Assembly: GCA_030390025.1 (NCBI GenBank)
Contig: CM059427.1
Coordinates: forward strand, 186,372,001-186,436,000
Origin: Squalus acanthias
Lineage: Eukaryota
Length of the DNA: 64,000 nucleotides
Direction of reading: 5' to 3'
Positions 62,175 to 64,000 of this stretch are shown here, piece by piece. The notes under the pieces are model-generated. The model ran no database searches, was not told where the DNA came from, and worked only from the letters and a program-made list of their open reading frames with translations. The translations under genes were made by a program, and so were the position numbers. Each line of letters opens with the position of its first letter. Position 1 is the stretch's first letter.

Positions 62175-62514
62175 GAAAACCAAATCATATTTATTTTTTG
62201 GATAACGAAGATAACATTCTATTAAAAGGACCTGACTATCCTGGGATGGCCCTGTTGTCTGGGAATGGAAACCACAGTCAGAGTGAAATATCCAGCGGCT
62301 GGTTACTTTTCACAAAAGGAGTTCGGGCTGGTGGGACGCACAATGGAACGATCACTATAGAACAGTGACTTGTACCAAAGGATAGAATGGGATCCTGATA
62401 CCATTAATCTGAGAATTAGAAATCCCACATTTAAATTTGCGGGATCGTTCATCTTGACTCAAACACAGCTGAGTAATAAAACCCTGGAACAGTACGAAAT
62501 ATTTGGGATCAAAG
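62175..62514 (+). pseudogene. Frameshifted Ig V-like exon lacking cysteines (probable exon 2 of gene C)
   Basis: taatag|GAAAAC...AAAG|gtgagt; 340 nt; reconstruction ...ILLKGP...WEWKP...LVTF...INLRIRNPTFKFAGSFIL... needs two frameshifts and includes a TGA. Confidence 0.55.
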
Positions 62515-63106
62515 GTGAGTGGAACAAAATCTAGATAAGGTTAATAAAATTAATTACGGAGATTCATTTCATGTGTAACGATGCGAGATTGCCAGGATCA
62601 GGTGGGATTTATATCACCCAGTGCAGACAGCATCTCTCATTAACCAGGGGAAAGATTGTTTCTCTGAAATGGTCAACAAGAGTAAAAATGTTTTGACAAT
62701 TCCACCAGAAATAGTGAAGCGAGGAATCTACCCCACAGAGAGCGTTATGGTTTGTAGACTGACCTTCAGCTTATTTAAATATTATAATGAGGCTGGTGTG
62801 CTTCATGGTGATCCATCATTTCAAATTTAACTCTGGCTGGCCGGGTTTCCCAGGCCTCGGGGAACCCGTCAGCTAAAGGGAGGCGAGGACTGCTGGATCC
62901 CAGAGGTAAGTGCCTTTAAGTACCAAAGGCGACATGAGGAAAAACTTTTTTACTCAGCGAGTGGTTATGATCTGGAATGCACTGCCTGAAAGGGTGGTGG
63001 AGGCAGATTCAATTGTGGCTTTCAAAAGGGTATTGGATAAGTACCTGAAGGAAAAAAAATTACAGGGCTATGGGGAAAGGGCAGGGGGAGTGGGACTAGC
63101 TGAGGT

Positions 63107-64000
63107 TGAAGGGATAATTACAAGTCCTAGCCCTTTCAGACTACCCCAGATCAGGCGTATTCCCCAGACGTTCACCTTCAACTGAAGTTAGCAGTAGGCA
63201 AATTCTAGAGACGCTTAATTGGGTCTAAAGGTTCAGACTATCTCTCCCGAAAGGAAAGGAACGGCCTGAAGATGTTACCATCCTCTGGATAGCACTTTTA
63301 ACAAGTTTAACTAGACTGTAACCTTCCGGATATTATGAGGGTCCGGAAAACCCCCCAGAATTCTGCAACTCGTCTCTGAAGAGTGTACAGAAATTGAGTT
63401 CGCAAGATTGATACAGAAATACTCTTTGAGACAATTTTAAAAATATATAGATTTAATAAAGAACTGACATCTAGTTAACAGCTGGTATGGCAATTGCAAC
63501 TTTAACTGTTCAAAATACAAATAGCTTACATTTCTTATCAGAGATCCTTATTCTCAAATCTTAATTTCATTACATTTCCACACTTCTACTTATTTCTTAA
63601 TCCAGAATATCCAGCAAAATCAAATACCTTGATTACCCGAGACTCAGAGTTGAAAACTTACAGAGCGTGCCTGTGAAGTTGAGAAACGCTTGCCCTTCCA
63701 GCGACTTCTGACTCTCTATCTGAAAAGCTCTATTTTTATACCTTTTTTTAGTGGTATTTTCTTTGAAGTTTCCTGCTGATGTAAGCTAATTGTCTCTAGT
63801 AATACTCTATTGAATTCTTTTCTATTCTTACTGTCATTTCAGCTGCCTACTTTTAGAATTCTGTTTCTACGTTTAGGCTGTTTCAAAAACTTATCATTTT
63901 TATGGTTATTATCGATTTATCTATTTGATGCCATTCTTAGGAAGTCTTTCTATTGAATTCTTAATATCACTTAACTGCTTGTAAGCCAGACGTCGTGACT
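63107..64000 (-). mobile_element. Second LTR of the foamy-like family (solo LTR or 3' LTR of another provirus), runs past the window end
   Basis: Begins tgaagggataatta exactly as at 25514; colinear over ~890 bp; no PBS beside it; abuts a CR1 fragment (62910-63106). Confidence 0.92.

Noticed and set aside
25514-64000. The two LTRs as the ends of one 38-kb provirus
   Set aside because: PBS and gag-pol lie to the left of the first LTR, the intervening DNA is host genes and repeats, and the LTRs are clearly diverged.

Overview
Repeat-rich vertebrate genomic DNA, very probably from a cartilaginous fish (dominant CR1 LINEs, HE1/V-SINE-like and Deu-SINE/SacSINE-like SINEs). It holds four main things. 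(1) The 3' part of an apparently intact Siglec/MAG-like inhibitory receptor gene on + ('gene A'). It has a C2-set Ig exon amplified in ~2.71-kb tandem units, two further Ig exons, a TM exon with a buried Glu, and a tail with ITIM and ITSM-like motifs. (2) A convergently oriented, disabled paralogue on - ('gene B') with two tandem V-set exons carrying the Siglec YFFR motif and no visible cytoplasmic exons, plus an orphan MAG-D5-like pseudo-exon. (3) Between the two genes, a 3'-truncated endogenous foamy (spuma-like) retrovirus on -: LTR, tRNA-Lys PBS, Gag N-terminal domain, PR, YVDD RT, RNase H and integrase N-terminus, interrupted by a young CR1. A second diverged LTR of the same family runs off the right end of the window. 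(4) A signal-peptide exon and a frameshifted Cys-less Ig-like exon of a further gene on +. The rest is CR1, L2 and RTE LINE fragments, PIF/Harbinger elements, a Tc1/pogo MITE and a 35-bp minisatellite. All family assignments are by eye and from memory of the protein families; no database searches were run.
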